This document shows, piece after piece, positions 20,882 through 30,880 of a stretch of 46,827 nucleotides of DNA; within the stretch, counting starts at the first letter, position 1; each line of letters starts with the position of its first letter. The position numbers and the translations under genes are program-made. The stretch spans positions 1 to 46,827 of the forward strand of contig JBGPXN010000013.1 of NCBI GenBank assembly GCA_041492755.1. Direction: 5' to 3'. The notes below the pieces were generated by a model, which made no database searches, was not told the DNA's origin, and worked only from the letters and a program-made list of their open reading frames with translations. Source of the DNA: Candidatus Methylomirabilia bacterium. GTDB taxonomy: Bacteria > Methylomirabilota > Methylomirabilia > Rokubacteriales > CSP1-6.

Positions 20882-21166
20882 ATGCAGGGCGACATGCGGC
20901 GCATCAAAGAGGGACGGGCACTGATGGATGGAAGCCGGAAGCCCCTGGCGAAGGTGGAAGGCCGCCGTCGGATGCGACTCAGCGGTGTGACGGTGGTGTG
21001 GCGTGGCACGCCGAACCTCGACGACTGGGTCGCCTACATCGTGAACGGGACGCGGTCGAAGAAGCTGATCCTCGCCGACCACGCCTCCGAGCGAAAAGTG
21101 AAGACCTTGATGTCCCGCCTGCAAGGCCTCTCTCGGAAGGAGATCGAGAAGCTCGCCAAGGGCTGA
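20882..21166 (+). CDS. Small Lys/Arg-rich hypothetical protein (start may be ATG 20924)
   Basis: Own promoter, GC3-rich codons, protein-like composition unlike the shadow ORFs, purine-rich AGAGGGA before ATG 20924. Confidence 0.7.
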   Translation: MQGDMRRIKEGRALMDGSRKPLAKVEGRRRMRLSGVTVVWRGTPNLDDWVAYIVNGTRSKKLILADHASERKVKTLMSRLQGLSRKEIEKLAKG

Positions 21167-21272
21167 CGGGGACAGCAACCGCCCGCTCGCGCGGCCTACA
21201 GCCGGAGCGGACCGACCGGCGCCGCGCTGGCCGGGTTTTCCCGCCAGATCTTCGAATCGGCATCGATGTCGT

Positions 21273-21941
21273 TCAGATGAGTCCGCGCTCGGCCAGGCTC
21301 ACGTAGCGGCCGCGGCCGACGATGACGTGATCGTGGATGCGCAGGTCCAGCAGGCGGGCGCAGTCCACCAGCTGCCGGGTGAGGCGCACGTCCTCGCGGC
21401 TGGGCGTCGGATCGCCGCTCGGATGGTTGTGGAGCAGGATGATCGACGCCGCCGATTCGAGGATCGCCGGCTTGAAGACCTCCCGCGGATGCACCAGGGA
21501 CGCTGACAGCGTGCCCTCGGAGATCACGCAGTCGCGGAGCAGACCGTTCTGGGCGTCGAGCAGCGCGACCCGAAAGACCTCGCGGCGCAGATCCTCCATC
21601 AGCGGCGCAAACGCTTCGAAGACCTGCGCGGGTTGCGACAGCACGGTGCGCACTCCCGGGGTGCGCGCCCGCAGCCGCCGCGTCAGCTCGAAGGCGGCGG
21701 CCAGGCGCGCGGCCTTTGCCGGCCCGACGCCGTGTATTTGCGCGAGCTCGGCCGGCTCGCGCCCGGCCACGTCGGCCAGCGAGCCGTAACGGGCGAGGAG
21801 TTCCCGCGCGACGTCGATGGCGCTCCGGCCGCGGGCGCCGACGCCGAGCTGAAGCGCGAGGAGCTCGACGTCGGCCAGCGCCTCCGCGCCGTTCCAGTAC
21901 AGCCGCTCCCGGGGACGATCGCTGACGGGCAGCACGGGCAT
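21273..21941 (-). CDS. radC: RadC family JAB-domain protein
   Basis: DRPRERL, HhH GVGPAKA, VHPREVF, HNHPSGDPTPSRED, DHVIVG. Confidence 0.95.
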   Translation of the reverse strand: MPVLPVSDRPRERLYWNGAEALADVELLALQLGVGARGRSAIDVARELLARYGSLADVAGREPAELAQIHGVGPAKAARLAAAFELTRRLRARTPGVRTVLSQPAQVFEAFAPLMEDLRREVFRVALLDAQNGLLRDCVISEGTLSASLVHPREVFKPAILESAASIILLHNHPSGDPTPSREDVRLTRQLVDCARLLDLRIHDHVIVGRGRYVSLAERGLI

Positions 21942-21975
21942 CCTGTGTCCTGTCTAAAGCCACGGGCCGACGCCG

Positions 21976-22440
21976 TCAACGCCGCGAGTTCGATACACCT
22001 GCGGACCGCCGAATCTGGATGCGGCGGGGCTCGTCGCCGACACCCTCGAGGTGGACACGGATCGTACGCGGTGGCAGCAGCGGCTCCAGCTTGTCCGCCC
22101 ATTCCACCAGCGTGACCCCGTCACCGTCGAAGAGCTCGAGCAGCCCGAAATCGAGCAGCTCGGTGAGCGTCGTCGTGCGGTAGGCGTCGACGTGATGAAC
22201 GCGCAGCCGGCCCGTGTACTCGTTGACCAGGACGAACGTCGGACTCGTGGGACGGGTCGCCACCTCGAGCCCGCGCACCAGCCCCTGGACGAAGCAGGTC
22301 TTGCCGGCGCCGAGCGCGCCGGTCAACGCCACCACGTCCGCCGGCAACAGCGTTCGACCGAGGCGTTCGCCCACGGACTGCGTGTGCTCCGGGCTCGCGC
22401 TGACGATCTCGTCCGAGTCGGTCGTCGACGCCCCGGTCAT
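21976..22440 (-). CDS. tsaE: tRNA threonylcarbamoyladenosine biosynthesis ATPase TsaE
   Basis: GALGAGKT, SPTFVLVNEY, H.DAYR and LVEWA motifs; ATG 22440. Confidence 0.95.
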   Translation of the reverse strand: MTGASTTDSDEIVSASPEHTQSVGERLGRTLLPADVVALTGALGAGKTCFVQGLVRGLEVATRPTSPTFVLVNEYTGRLRVHHVDAYRTTTLTELLDFGLLELFDGDGVTLVEWADKLEPLLPPRTIRVHLEGVGDEPRRIQIRRSAGVSNSRR

Positions 22441-24062
22441 CTGGCGCTCCCCGAGAGGTCGCGGAAGGCCTCCGGCAACGTCTCGATCACGTCGCTGGCC
22501 ACGAGCGACTCCTCCCCCACCCGTGCGACCGCCAGGTCTCCGGCACGCCCATGCAGCCACGCCGCGGCCCGGAGGGCGGCGTCCCCCGCCATCCCGCGTG
22601 CCAGGAACGCGCCGACCATTCCCGTGAGGACGTCGCCGGTGCCGCCGCTGGCCATGCCCGGGTTGCCGGTGGGATTGAGCCACACGCGTCCGTCGGGCGC
22701 CGCGATGACCGTGGCCGCGCCCTTGAGCAGCAGATGGACGCCGTGATCGCGGGCAAAGGCGCGGGCGGTGGCGACACGGTCGCGCTGCACGTCGGCGACG
22801 CTCAGTCCGAGCATGCGCGCCATCTCGCCGGGGTGCGGCGTGAGACAACGGATGGCCGGCGCCTCCTTCAGCACCTCGAGGTGGCCGGCGAGCGCGGACA
22901 GCGCGTCGGCGTCGATGACGAGCGGACGATCGAGCCGGCGGGCCAGCGTCCGGGCAAGCTCCTGCGTTTCGGTGTCGAGCCCGAGGCCCGGACCGAGCGC
23001 CATCGCGTCGCGCGACTGCGCGAGCGCCATGATCACCGCCAGCGCCGCCAGCGCGGGGGTGTGCGCGGCCGTTTCGGGCAGCGGCTCCGTCATCGCCTCC
23101 AGCAGCAAGCCGGCGACGACCGGCTGCTGGCTGTCCGGTGTCGCGACGGTGACCAGCCCGGCGCCGCTCCGGAGCGCCGCCCGGGCCGACAGCGCCGCGG
23201 CACCCGTCTTGCCTCGCGAGCCCGCGACGACGAGGAGGTGTCCATACGTGCCCTTGTGCGCATCGAGCGGTCGCCGGGGGAACTCGGCGGCGACGTCCGC
23301 GCGCTCGATCACGAACGTCGCCACGTCGCGCGTCACCTCCGCGGCCGGGATGCCGATGGGCACGACGCGCACGCGGCCGGCATAGCGCGTTCCCGGCGGG
23401 ACGACGAGTCCCTGCTTCAACCCGGCGAAGGTGACGGTGACCGTCGCGCCAACCACGGGACCCGCCGGCGCGCCGCCATCGGCCGGAAGCCCCGACGGAA
23501 TGTCGAGCGCGAGCACGGGACGTCCACTGGCATTGATCTGCTCGATCGCCGCCGCGATGGGCGCTGCCGGCGCGCCCCGCGAGCCCGTTCCGAGCAGCGC
23601 ATCCACCACCACGTCGGCGTTTGCCAGCGCCTCCGCCAGCTCGCGGACCTCCGTGACCACGCGCGGCCGGATGCCGGCGCGACGCAGGTCGCGGAGCTTC
23701 ACCGCCGCGTCGCCCTGGACGTCGTCCGGCCGCGCGAGCAGAAGGACGGTTGGCCGGTGACCACGGCGCGCAATCCAGCGAGCGAGAACGAAGCCATCGC
23801 CGCCGTTGCCGCCCTTGCCGCAGACGACGGCGACGCTCGCCCCTCGACGCCCGCGCGACCGTAGCCCGGCGCCCGTGGTCGCGGCCCGGGTCGTGCGCGC
23901 GGCGCCCGCCCACGGTTCCTGCGCGTCAGCCAGGAGCTCCTGGAGGACCTCGGCCGCCGCGCGGCCGGCGTTCTCCATCAGCACCGCGCCGGGGATGCCG
24001 AGCTCGGCGATCGCGCGCCGATCGAGGGCACGCATCTCCACTGCGGTGAACACCGGAAGCAG
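22437..24062 (-). CDS. nnr: Bifunctional NAD(P)H-hydrate epimerase/dehydratase (YjeF/Nnr)
   Basis: LMENAG, GKGGNGGDG, DALLGTG, DIPSG, HKGTYG, TPHPGEM and GGTGDVL motifs; start CTG 24062 or GTG 24053. Confidence 0.93.
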   Translation of the reverse strand: MLPVFTAVEMRALDRRAIAELGIPGAVLMENAGRAAAEVLQELLADAQEPWAGAARTTRAATTGAGLRSRGRRGASVAVVCGKGGNGGDGFVLARWIARRGHRPTVLLLARPDDVQGDAAVKLRDLRRAGIRPRVVTEVRELAEALANADVVVDALLGTGSRGAPAAPIAAAIEQINASGRPVLALDIPSGLPADGGAPAGPVVGATVTVTFAGLKQGLVVPPGTRYAGRVRVVPIGIPAAEVTRDVATFVIERADVAAEFPRRPLDAHKGTYGHLLVVAGSRGKTGAAALSARAALRSGAGLVTVATPDSQQPVVAGLLLEAMTEPLPETAAHTPALAALAVIMALAQSRDAMALGPGLGLDTETQELARTLARRLDRPLVIDADALSALAGHLEVLKEAPAIRCLTPHPGEMARMLGLSVADVQRDRVATARAFARDHGVHLLLKGAATVIAAPDGRVWLNPTGNPGMASGGTGDVLTGMVGAFLARGMAGDAALRAAAWLHGRAGDLAVARVGEESLVASDVIETLPEAFRDLSGSAR

Positions 24063-24064
24063 CG

Positions 24065-24838
24065 CTACCTCCGCGAGGCGACCGACAGCACCTGGGCAAG
24101 GAACTCGGCGAGGATCGCGGTGTAGACCTCGCGCCATTCGGCCCGGGCCGCGCGCGGCAGCTCGATGTGCAGCGCGCGCGCCGGCAATCGGAAGATACCG
24201 TCGCGCTTGGCGCCGGACGCCGCGTAGAACACGGGATCGGCCGGCTCCACCAACACGCTCAGCCGCGGGGCCGTGGCGTGCGCTCTCAGGTGCGCGTCGC
24301 GAATCAACTCGAGCAGCGTGCGCAGGCGCTGGGCGTCCTCGCGATCGACGCCCACGGTGGCGATCTCCACCCGGTCCGCGGTCTCACCGCGGTTGTTGCC
24401 GTGGACTTCGACGTAGAAGCCGAGCGGACCCTGGGCGACTTCGCGCACGCGCTGCTCGTACGCGTCGTACACCTTCCGCGCCGCCTCCGTGGACGCCTCT
24501 TCGCTCGGCGGACGGCCCGGGATGCCCTCGAATGGCCGGTTCACCTGGTAGCGGCGGCCCGCGCGCGCGCGCGTATCCGGCTCCAGGGCGAACCCGCTCG
24601 CGATGACGAGCCCGAAGCCGGTACGCCGCGCCAGCTCGGCCGCGATCTCGCCCGTGTTGACGTCGGACGAGCCGTGGGGCGCGCCGATGACCGCCCCGGG
24701 GCGGCCGGCCTTGGTCGCGATGTAGCCGCGCGGGCGTTCGGGCTCCAGCGAGACGGGCTGCGCCGCGCAGCCGTAGAGGACCAGCGAGGCGGCGGCCACG
24801 CTAGCGAGGCGCGGGGCGCTCGGAATCCACCGGCTCAT
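24065..24838 (-). CDS. Putative lipoprotein hydrolase (N-formylglutamate / poly-gamma-glutamate hydrolase-like)
   Basis: LYGC lipobox; GAPHG..D..T, VEVHGN and LHIELP motifs resemble Zn-carboxypeptidase-fold amidohydrolases. Confidence 0.55.
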   Translation of the reverse strand: MSRWIPSAPRLASVAAASLVLYGCAAQPVSLEPERPRGYIATKAGRPGAVIGAPHGSSDVNTGEIAAELARRTGFGLVIASGFALEPDTRARAGRRYQVNRPFEGIPGRPPSEEASTEAARKVYDAYEQRVREVAQGPLGFYVEVHGNNRGETADRVEIATVGVDREDAQRLRTLLELIRDAHLRAHATAPRLSVLVEPADPVFYAASGAKRDGIFRLPARALHIELPRAARAEWREVYTAILAEFLAQVLSVASRR

Positions 24839-25220
24839 CATCGACCAGCATCGCCTGCGCGAGCGCGTAGTCGCCGTCGTGGGTGAGCGCGAGCAGCATC
24901 CGCCGACCGCCGCGGGCCCGGCCGATCTCCTGCGCGCGCCCGGAGAGCACGAGCACCGGCGCCTGCCCACGCGGCCGGCGCACTTCGAGCTCGCGCCAGT
25001 GGACGCCGAGCGACAGCCCGGTGCCGAGCGCCTTCAACCCCGCCTCCTTGGCCGCGAACCGCGCGGCGAAGTGCGGGACGGGATCGCGATGCCGCTGGCA
25101 ATAGCCGATCTCGGCGTCCGTGAAGACGCGATGGAGGAACCGGTCCTTCCAGCGCTCGAGAACTTCCCGCATCCGGGTGACGTGGACGAGGTCGATCCCG
25201 ATGCCGCGGACGTTGGTCAC
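24801..25220 (-). CDS. acpS: Holo-ACP synthase
   Basis: GIGIDLV, RVFT..E, AARFAAKEA.LKALGTG, LTHD. Confidence 0.96.
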   Translation of the reverse strand: MTNVRGIGIDLVHVTRMREVLERWKDRFLHRVFTDAEIGYCQRHRDPVPHFAARFAAKEAGLKALGTGLSLGVHWRELEVRRPRGQAPVLVLSGRAQEIGRARGGRRMLLALTHDGDYALAQAMLVDDEPVDSERPAPR

Positions 25221-26572
25221 GCCGGGGCGCCGATGTGCCCGCGGATGACGCCAGCCAGCGCCTCGGCCATGGCGCGGATACGCGGGCCGTCCCGGCCTTC
25301 GATCATCACGCGCGCGAGGGACTCGGTGCCGGAGTAGCGAATCAGGATGCGCCCGCTGCCGTCCATCTCCGTCTCGAACGAACGGATCTGTTCCCCGAGG
25401 CCGGGCACCGAGTCGATGGGCGGCTTGGTGCGGACCGGGACGTTGAGCAGGACCTGGGGGAACTTCACGAGGCAGTTGGCGAGCGCGGCCAGGCGCTCAC
25501 CGGTGTCCCGCATGACGGCCAGGAGCGCGAGCGCGGACAGGATACCGTCGCCGGTCGGCGAATGATCGAGGAAGAGGAGATGGCCGGACTGCTCGCCACC
25601 GAGGTTGGCGCCGAGCCGCTGCATCTCCTCGAACACGTAGCGGTCGCCCACCTGCGTCTTCACCACCTCGATGCCGGCCTCGCGCAGCGCCTGGTCGAGA
25701 CCAAGGTTCGCCATCACCGTCGTGACGACCACGTTCTGCTTGAGCAGGCCGCGTCCCGAGAAGTGCCGGCCGGCAATGGCGAGCACATAGTCGCCGTCAC
25801 GAATCTCGCCGAGATGATCGACGCAGATCAGGCGGTCGCCGTCGCCGTCGAACGCAAATCCCACGTCGGCCCGCGCGCGGCCCACGCGCTTGCGCAGCGG
25901 TTCGGGGTGGAGCGCCCCCACCCCCGCGTTGATGTTCACCCCGTCGGGCTTGGCCCCGGTGGCGATCACCCGCGCGCCGAGCCGACGGAAGACCTGGGGG
26001 GCGACGCGATAGGTGGCGCCGTGCGCGCAGTCCAGCGCGATCGTCATCCCGGCCAGGTCGAGCGGGAAGGTCCGGCACAGGAAGTCGACGTAGTACTTCT
26101 CGGCCCGGTCGTAGCTCACGAGGCGGCCGATGCCGGCGGCGCGCGCGCGGGGCGCGGTGTCCTCGCCGCCCAGCCGCGCCTCGATCTGCAGCTCCCACGC
26201 GTCGGGAAACTTCGCGCCTTCCGCCGAGAAGAGCTTGATGCCGTTGTCCTCGAACGGATTGTGGGAGGCGGACAGCACGATCCCGCCGTGCGCATCGAGC
26301 GCGCGGGTCAGCAGCGCGATCCCCGGCGTGGGCAGGACGCCGACCGTGTAGCAGTCCGCGCCCGCCGAGAGCAGACCGGCCACGAGCGCCGCCTCCAGCA
26401 TCGGCCCGGAGCGACGCGTGTCGCGACCGATCACGACCCGCACGCGGTCGACCCCCCGCTCGGCCTGCAGGGTCGCCACGAGCTGCCGGGCGACGCGGTA
26501 CGCGAGATCAGGAGTGAGGGGCGCCTCGTTGGCGACGCCGCGGATCCCGTCGGTTCCAAACAATCGGCCCAC
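25217..26572 (-). CDS. glmM: Phosphoglucosamine mutase
   Basis: FGTDGIRG, SASHNP, DGDGDR, GGEQSGH, RYSGTE. Confidence 0.97.
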   Translation of the reverse strand: MGRLFGTDGIRGVANEAPLTPDLAYRVARQLVATLQAERGVDRVRVVIGRDTRRSGPMLEAALVAGLLSAGADCYTVGVLPTPGIALLTRALDAHGGIVLSASHNPFEDNGIKLFSAEGAKFPDAWELQIEARLGGEDTAPRARAAGIGRLVSYDRAEKYYVDFLCRTFPLDLAGMTIALDCAHGATYRVAPQVFRRLGARVIATGAKPDGVNINAGVGALHPEPLRKRVGRARADVGFAFDGDGDRLICVDHLGEIRDGDYVLAIAGRHFSGRGLLKQNVVVTTVMANLGLDQALREAGIEVVKTQVGDRYVFEEMQRLGANLGGEQSGHLLFLDHSPTGDGILSALALLAVMRDTGERLAALANCLVKFPQVLLNVPVRTKPPIDSVPGLGEQIRSFETEMDGSGRILIRYSGTESLARVMIEGRDGPRIRAMAEALAGVIRGHIGAPA

Positions 26573-27243
26573 TAACGCTGTCCTCTCCGCCCCGCCTCGG
26601 CGGCTTCGGTTGTGACTTCGACGGTGACTTGCACGCTGCGTTCGCGGGTCGGGTAGACGAACTCGGGCAGCATGAGCCCGACCGTCTGCGACACGTTGCC
26701 GCGGATGCCGGAGACGTCGATGGGCACCGTCTCAATGGTACCTTGCCGCGTGATCGTTGACCGCGGACCTTTCACCGCGATCGCCGGAGGCTCCACGACG
26801 ACGCGGGCCACCGCGTGCCCCGGGGCCGGACGGCCACGGAGCTGAGCGACGACGCGCACGGTGTCCTCGGCCGCGACGGCCAGGGACACGCGCAGCCGCG
26901 CCGGGATGATCCGGGTCACGGTGATCCCGGACACGATCTGGACGTTCTGCTCGGTGAGCTGGACCATCTCGTCGCCTTCCCGGCGGCCGCTGAGGTCGGC
27001 CCGCACCCGCGCCGTCGAGCGCGTGAGCTGAGACTCCGCCCAGCGCGGAACCAGGACGTGCAGGTCCACCGACTCGACGGGATCCCCGACCAGGATGAGA
27101 TCGCGCGAGAGGCCGACGTACTCGACGGCGGCTGGCACCATGAGCTCACTGCGCTCTCCCGTCACGACCCACCCCCAGATCACGCCCGCCACGAGCAACG
27201 ACAGAATCTTGAGCTCCCAATTCCGGGTGAACGCCCGCCTCAC
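26572..27243 (-). CDS. cdaR: YbbR-domain diadenylate cyclase regulator CdaR
   Basis: NWELKILSL TM anchor, YbbR-like repeats (V.P..I.VKGP), position between cdaA and glmM; GTGA-coupled start. Confidence 0.85.
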   Translation of the reverse strand: MRRAFTRNWELKILSLLVAGVIWGWVVTGERSELMVPAAVEYVGLSRDLILVGDPVESVDLHVLVPRWAESQLTRSTARVRADLSGRREGDEMVQLTEQNVQIVSGITVTRIIPARLRVSLAVAAEDTVRVVAQLRGRPAPGHAVARVVVEPPAIAVKGPRSTITRQGTIETVPIDVSGIRGNVSQTVGLMLPEFVYPTRERSVQVTVEVTTEAAEAGRRGQR

Positions 27244-28070
27244 CGGATCCACTGGGACGGCGCGAGCAAACGCCAGCGCGAGCCCCGCACCGCGCTGGCG
27301 CGGCCCGGCGTCCGGCCCTCGACGAGCACGCCGAGCCGGGTGGCGAGGGCGGCCTCGTCGAGCATCGGTTCGAGCCGGCCATCGACGGCCAGGGACAAGC
27401 GCCCGGTCTCCTCGGAGACGACGACGGCCACCGCGTCGGATTCCTCGCTGATGCCGAGCGCCGCGCGATGGCGAGTGCCGAACGCACGGCTCACCGAGGT
27501 GCTCCGGGACAGGGGCAGGAAACAGCCGGCCGCGACCACCCGGTCGCCCTGGACGAGGACGGCGCCATCGTGCAGCGGCGAAGCGAACACGAAGAGGCTC
27601 TCGAGCAGGTCGGCGGAGACGAGGGCGTCGAGCGCCACCCCGAGCTCGGCGTACTGCCGCAGCCCCGACGTACGCTCGACGATGATCAGCGCCCCCGCCT
27701 GGCGCTCGGCCAGCCGCGCCGCGGCCCGCGCGACCTCTTCCACGGCGCGTCCGCGGCGCGCCGCCCCGCTGTCGAACACCGTGCCGAGCCACCGCCCCTG
27801 GCCGATGCGCGAGAGCGCCCGGCGCAGCTCCGGCTGGAACAGGACGACGACGACCACGACCCAGAAGGACCAGACGTGATCGAACAACCACTGGGTGCTG
27901 TACAGATCCAGCGAGCTGGCGGCGAAGGCCGCCGCCAGCAGCGCCACCAGCCCGATGGCCATCTGGGCGGACCGCGTGCCCTTCATCATCACGAGAATCC
28001 GATAGACGACGACCGCGACAATGAGAACGTCGAGCGCGTCCTTCCAGCGGAAGACCGACACCACGTTCAT
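27240..28070 (-). CDS. cdaA: Diadenylate cyclase CdaA (DacA)
   Basis: 3 TM segments, LFQPELRRAL, GALII.ER, PLHDGA, GTRHRAALG, VSEETG. Confidence 0.95.
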   Translation of the reverse strand: MNVVSVFRWKDALDVLIVAVVVYRILVMMKGTRSAQMAIGLVALLAAAFAASSLDLYSTQWLFDHVWSFWVVVVVVLFQPELRRALSRIGQGRWLGTVFDSGAARRGRAVEEVARAAARLAERQAGALIIVERTSGLRQYAELGVALDALVSADLLESLFVFASPLHDGAVLVQGDRVVAAGCFLPLSRSTSVSRAFGTRHRAALGISEESDAVAVVVSEETGRLSLAVDGRLEPMLDEAALATRLGVLVEGRTPGRASAVRGSRWRLLAPSQWIR

Positions 28071-28936
28071 GCCGTAGTCTCCGGTGCCCGGGCCCGACGC
28101 AGCCGCTCCGCGACCCGGACCGCGTCGCGCGTCTCGGCGACGTCGTGCGTCCGGACGACCTTGGCCCCGTACAGCACCGCGGCGGCCGTGGCCGACAGCG
28201 AGGCGGCGAGGCGCTCGCCTGGATGGGACCGTCCGGTGACGGCGCCGAGAAAGGATTTGCGCGACACGCCAACGCACAGCGGTCGGCCGAGCCCGCGGAG
28301 CACTTCGAGCTCGCCGAGAACCGTCAGATCCCACTCCGCCCACGAGCGGCGCTCCTCGCGGAAGAACCCGATGCCGGGGTCGAGCACGATGCGGTCGTCA
28401 GCGAGCCCCACCGAGCGCGCCCGGCCCAGCGCGCCGGCGAGCAGCGCCCGCACGCCCTCGACCGGCTCGGTGGCGCCGGTGCCGCCCGGCGGCGGCAACG
28501 CCATGAGAACGACGCTCGCGCCATGGGCCGCCGCCAGCTCACCCACGGCGGGGTCGGCCAGCCCGCTCACGTCGTTGATCACGCGCGCGCCCGCTTCCAA
28601 CGCCGCGCGCGCCGGCCCGGGCCGGGTCGTGTCCGCGGAAACGGGCACGGGAAGCTTGGCGACGAGGACCTCGATCGCACGCGCCAGCCGCGCCTGCTCT
28701 TCACCCTCGCAGATGTCGCCGCACAGGTAGGGTGCGGTGGAGCGCGCGCCGACGTCGATGAGGTCGGCCCCCGCCTCCACCATGGTCGTCGCGACGCGAA
28801 CCAGGGTGTCGGCGTCGGCGGCGACAGATCCGCCGTAGAACGACTCAGGACTCACGTTGATCGCGCCCATGATCGCCACCGGACACCCGTCGCCAACGAT
28901 CAGGCCGCCCAAGGAAGCCCGCACGAGGTCAGACAC
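28067..28936 (-). CDS. folP: Dihydropteroate synthase
   Basis: MGAINVSPESF, IDVGA.ST.P, INDVSG, DPGIGF, SRKSF, RTHDV; start GTG 28936 or 28951. Confidence 0.95.
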   Translation of the reverse strand: MSDLVRASLGGLIVGDGCPVAIMGAINVSPESFYGGSVAADADTLVRVATTMVEAGADLIDVGARSTAPYLCGDICEGEEQARLARAIEVLVAKLPVPVSADTTRPGPARAALEAGARVINDVSGLADPAVGELAAAHGASVVLMALPPPGGTGATEPVEGVRALLAGALGRARSVGLADDRIVLDPGIGFFREERRSWAEWDLTVLGELEVLRGLGRPLCVGVSRKSFLGAVTGRSHPGERLAASLSATAAAVLYGAKVVRTHDVAETRDAVRVAERLRRARAPETTA

Positions 28937-29002
28937 GTCCCACGATACCACCCGGCACGGTTGCTCAGACGCTCTCGAGCGCGGGCTTCACCCGCGCAAT
29001 TC

Positions 29003-29015
29003 GGGGGGGGGGGGG
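29003..29015. repeat. G13 homopolymer
   Basis: 13 consecutive G between the ftsH stop and the folP promoter region. Confidence 0.9.
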
Positions 29016-29019
29016 AGTC

Positions 29020-30837
29020 CTAAGCCGGCGCCGGGGCTTCCTGGAACGGGCGAGCGCGGAGGATGCGCGCGATTTCCTCGCTGTCGAGCGTCTCGCGCTC
29101 GAGCAGCGCGCGGGCGAGGGCGTGCAGCTTCTCGAGGTGCTCCTCGACGATCTGGCGCGCGCGGGTGGCGCAGTCGAACACGATCCGCTTGATCTCGGAG
29201 TCGATCGCGCGCGCCGTGTCCTCGCTGTAGTCCTTCGAGCGGGCCACCTCGCGGCCGAGGAAGATGTGCTCCTCGTTCTTGCCGAAGGTGAGCGGCCCCA
29301 GCTGCTCCGACATGCCCCACTCGCAGACCATCTTGCGGGCCATCTCGGTGGCCTTTTCGAGGTCGTCGCCGGCGCCGGTGGTCTGCTGCTGCAGCACGAT
29401 CTCCTCGGCGGCGCGCCCGCCGAGCAGGATCGTGATGCGCTTGACCAGATAGTCCCTGGAGTAGTTGTACTTGTCGTCGAGCGGAAGCTGCTGGGTCAGA
29501 CCCAGCGCGCGCCCGCGCGGGATGATCGTCACCTTGTGTACGGGATCGGTGCCGGGAAGGAAGTCGGCGACGAGCGTGTGGCCGGCCTCGTGGTACGCGA
29601 TCGTCCGCTTCTCGTCCTCGCTGATGATCATGGAGCGCCGCTCCACGCCCATCAGGACCTTGTCCTTGGCGTTCTCGAAGTCGAGCATCTCGACAAACTT
29701 CTTGCTCTGCCGCGCCGCCAGCAGCGCCGCCTCGTTGACGAGGTTCGCGAGGTCGGCGCCGGAGAAGCCCGGCGTGCCGCGCGCGAGCACCTTCAGCTCG
29801 ACGTCGGGCGCCAGCGGGATCCGCCGCGTGTGCACGCGCAGAATCTCCTCGCGGCCCTTGACGTCCGGGCGCGAGACCACGACCTGGCGGTCGAAGCGCC
29901 CGGGACGCAGGAGCGCGGGATCGAGCACGTCCGGCCGGTTGGTGGCGGCGATGAGGATGACGCCCTCGTTGGTCTCGAAGCCGTCCATCTCCACCAGGAG
30001 CTGATTCAAGGTCTGCTCGCGCTCGTCGTGGCCGCCGCCGAGGCCGGCACCGCGATGCCGTCCGACCGCGTCGATCTCGTCCATGAAGATGATGCAGGGC
30101 GCGTGCTTCTTGCCTTGTTCAAAGAGGTCGCGGACGCGCGAGGCGCCCACGCCCACGAACATCTCCACGAAGTCGGACCCGGAAATCGAAAAGAACGGGA
30201 CGTTGGCTTCTCCAGCGATCGCCTTCGCCAGCAGCGTCTTCCCGGTTCCCGGCGGTCCCACGAGCAGCACGCCCTTGGGGATCTTGCCCCCGAGCTTTTG
30301 GAACTTCTGCGGGTCCTTGAGGAAGTCGATGATCTCCCGCAGCTCTTCCTTGGCCTCGTCGATACCCGCCACGTCCTGGAACGTGACCTTGTTCTGCTTC
30401 TCGGAGACGAGGCGGGCGCGCGCCTTGCCGAAGGAGAGGGCCTTCGCCCCGCCCCCCTGCATCTGGCGCATGAAGAAGATCCAGACGCCGATGAAGAGCA
30501 GCATCGGCACCCATTGGAGAAATATTGCGTACCAGGGATTCGAGTCCGGCGGCTTGACCGCGATGCGGACGCCCCGGTCGCGCAGCATCTTGATGAGCTC
30601 CGGGTAGTCGACGATGTAGGTGCGGTGGGTCTGGGCGGAATCTTTCAGGGTATAGGTGACGAGGTTGCCGCGGATGACGACCGAGTCGACGCGGCCCTGC
30701 TCCACGGCCTTGAGGAATTCGGAGAAGTTGGGCGCCTCCTGGCCGCTTTGCTGCGCCCCCTGGAACACCGTGAACAGGAGGATCACGATGAGGCCGATCA
30801 CCATCCAGAGGGCGAGGTTCTTGTAGACCTGATTCAT
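29020..30837 (-). CDS. ftsH: ATP-dependent zinc metalloprotease FtsH
   Basis: 2 TM segments, [44 protein letters not shown]. Confidence 0.99.
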   Translation of the reverse strand: MNQVYKNLALWMVIGLIVILLFTVFQGAQQSGQEAPNFSEFLKAVEQGRVDSVVIRGNLVTYTLKDSAQTHRTYIVDYPELIKMLRDRGVRIAVKPPDSNPWYAIFLQWVPMLLFIGVWIFFMRQMQGGGAKALSFGKARARLVSEKQNKVTFQDVAGIDEAKEELREIIDFLKDPQKFQKLGGKIPKGVLLVGPPGTGKTLLAKAIAGEANVPFFSISGSDFVEMFVGVGASRVRDLFEQGKKHAPCIIFMDEIDAVGRHRGAGLGGGHDEREQTLNQLLVEMDGFETNEGVILIAATNRPDVLDPALLRPGRFDRQVVVSRPDVKGREEILRVHTRRIPLAPDVELKVLARGTPGFSGADLANLVNEAALLAARQSKKFVEMLDFENAKDKVLMGVERRSMIISEDEKRTIAYHEAGHTLVADFLPGTDPVHKVTIIPRGRALGLTQQLPLDDKYNYSRDYLVKRITILLGGRAAEEIVLQQQTTGAGDDLEKATEMARKMVCEWGMSEQLGPLTFGKNEEHIFLGREVARSKDYSEDTARAIDSEIKRIVFDCATRARQIVEEHLEKLHALARALLERETLDSEEIARILRARPFQEAPAPA

Positions 30838-30880
30838 GGGTCCTCAGTATAGCACCCGGGGTGCCATGACGCGGCGCGGC

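Noticed and set aside
21216..21239. CCGGC/GCCGG plus TTTT as the terminator of the small basic gene
   Set aside because: Only a 5-bp stem in very GC-rich DNA; plausible but unsupported
21273..21941. radC as a mobile-element marker
   Set aside because: It is the full-length HhH plus JAB chromosomal form at the end of a housekeeping run
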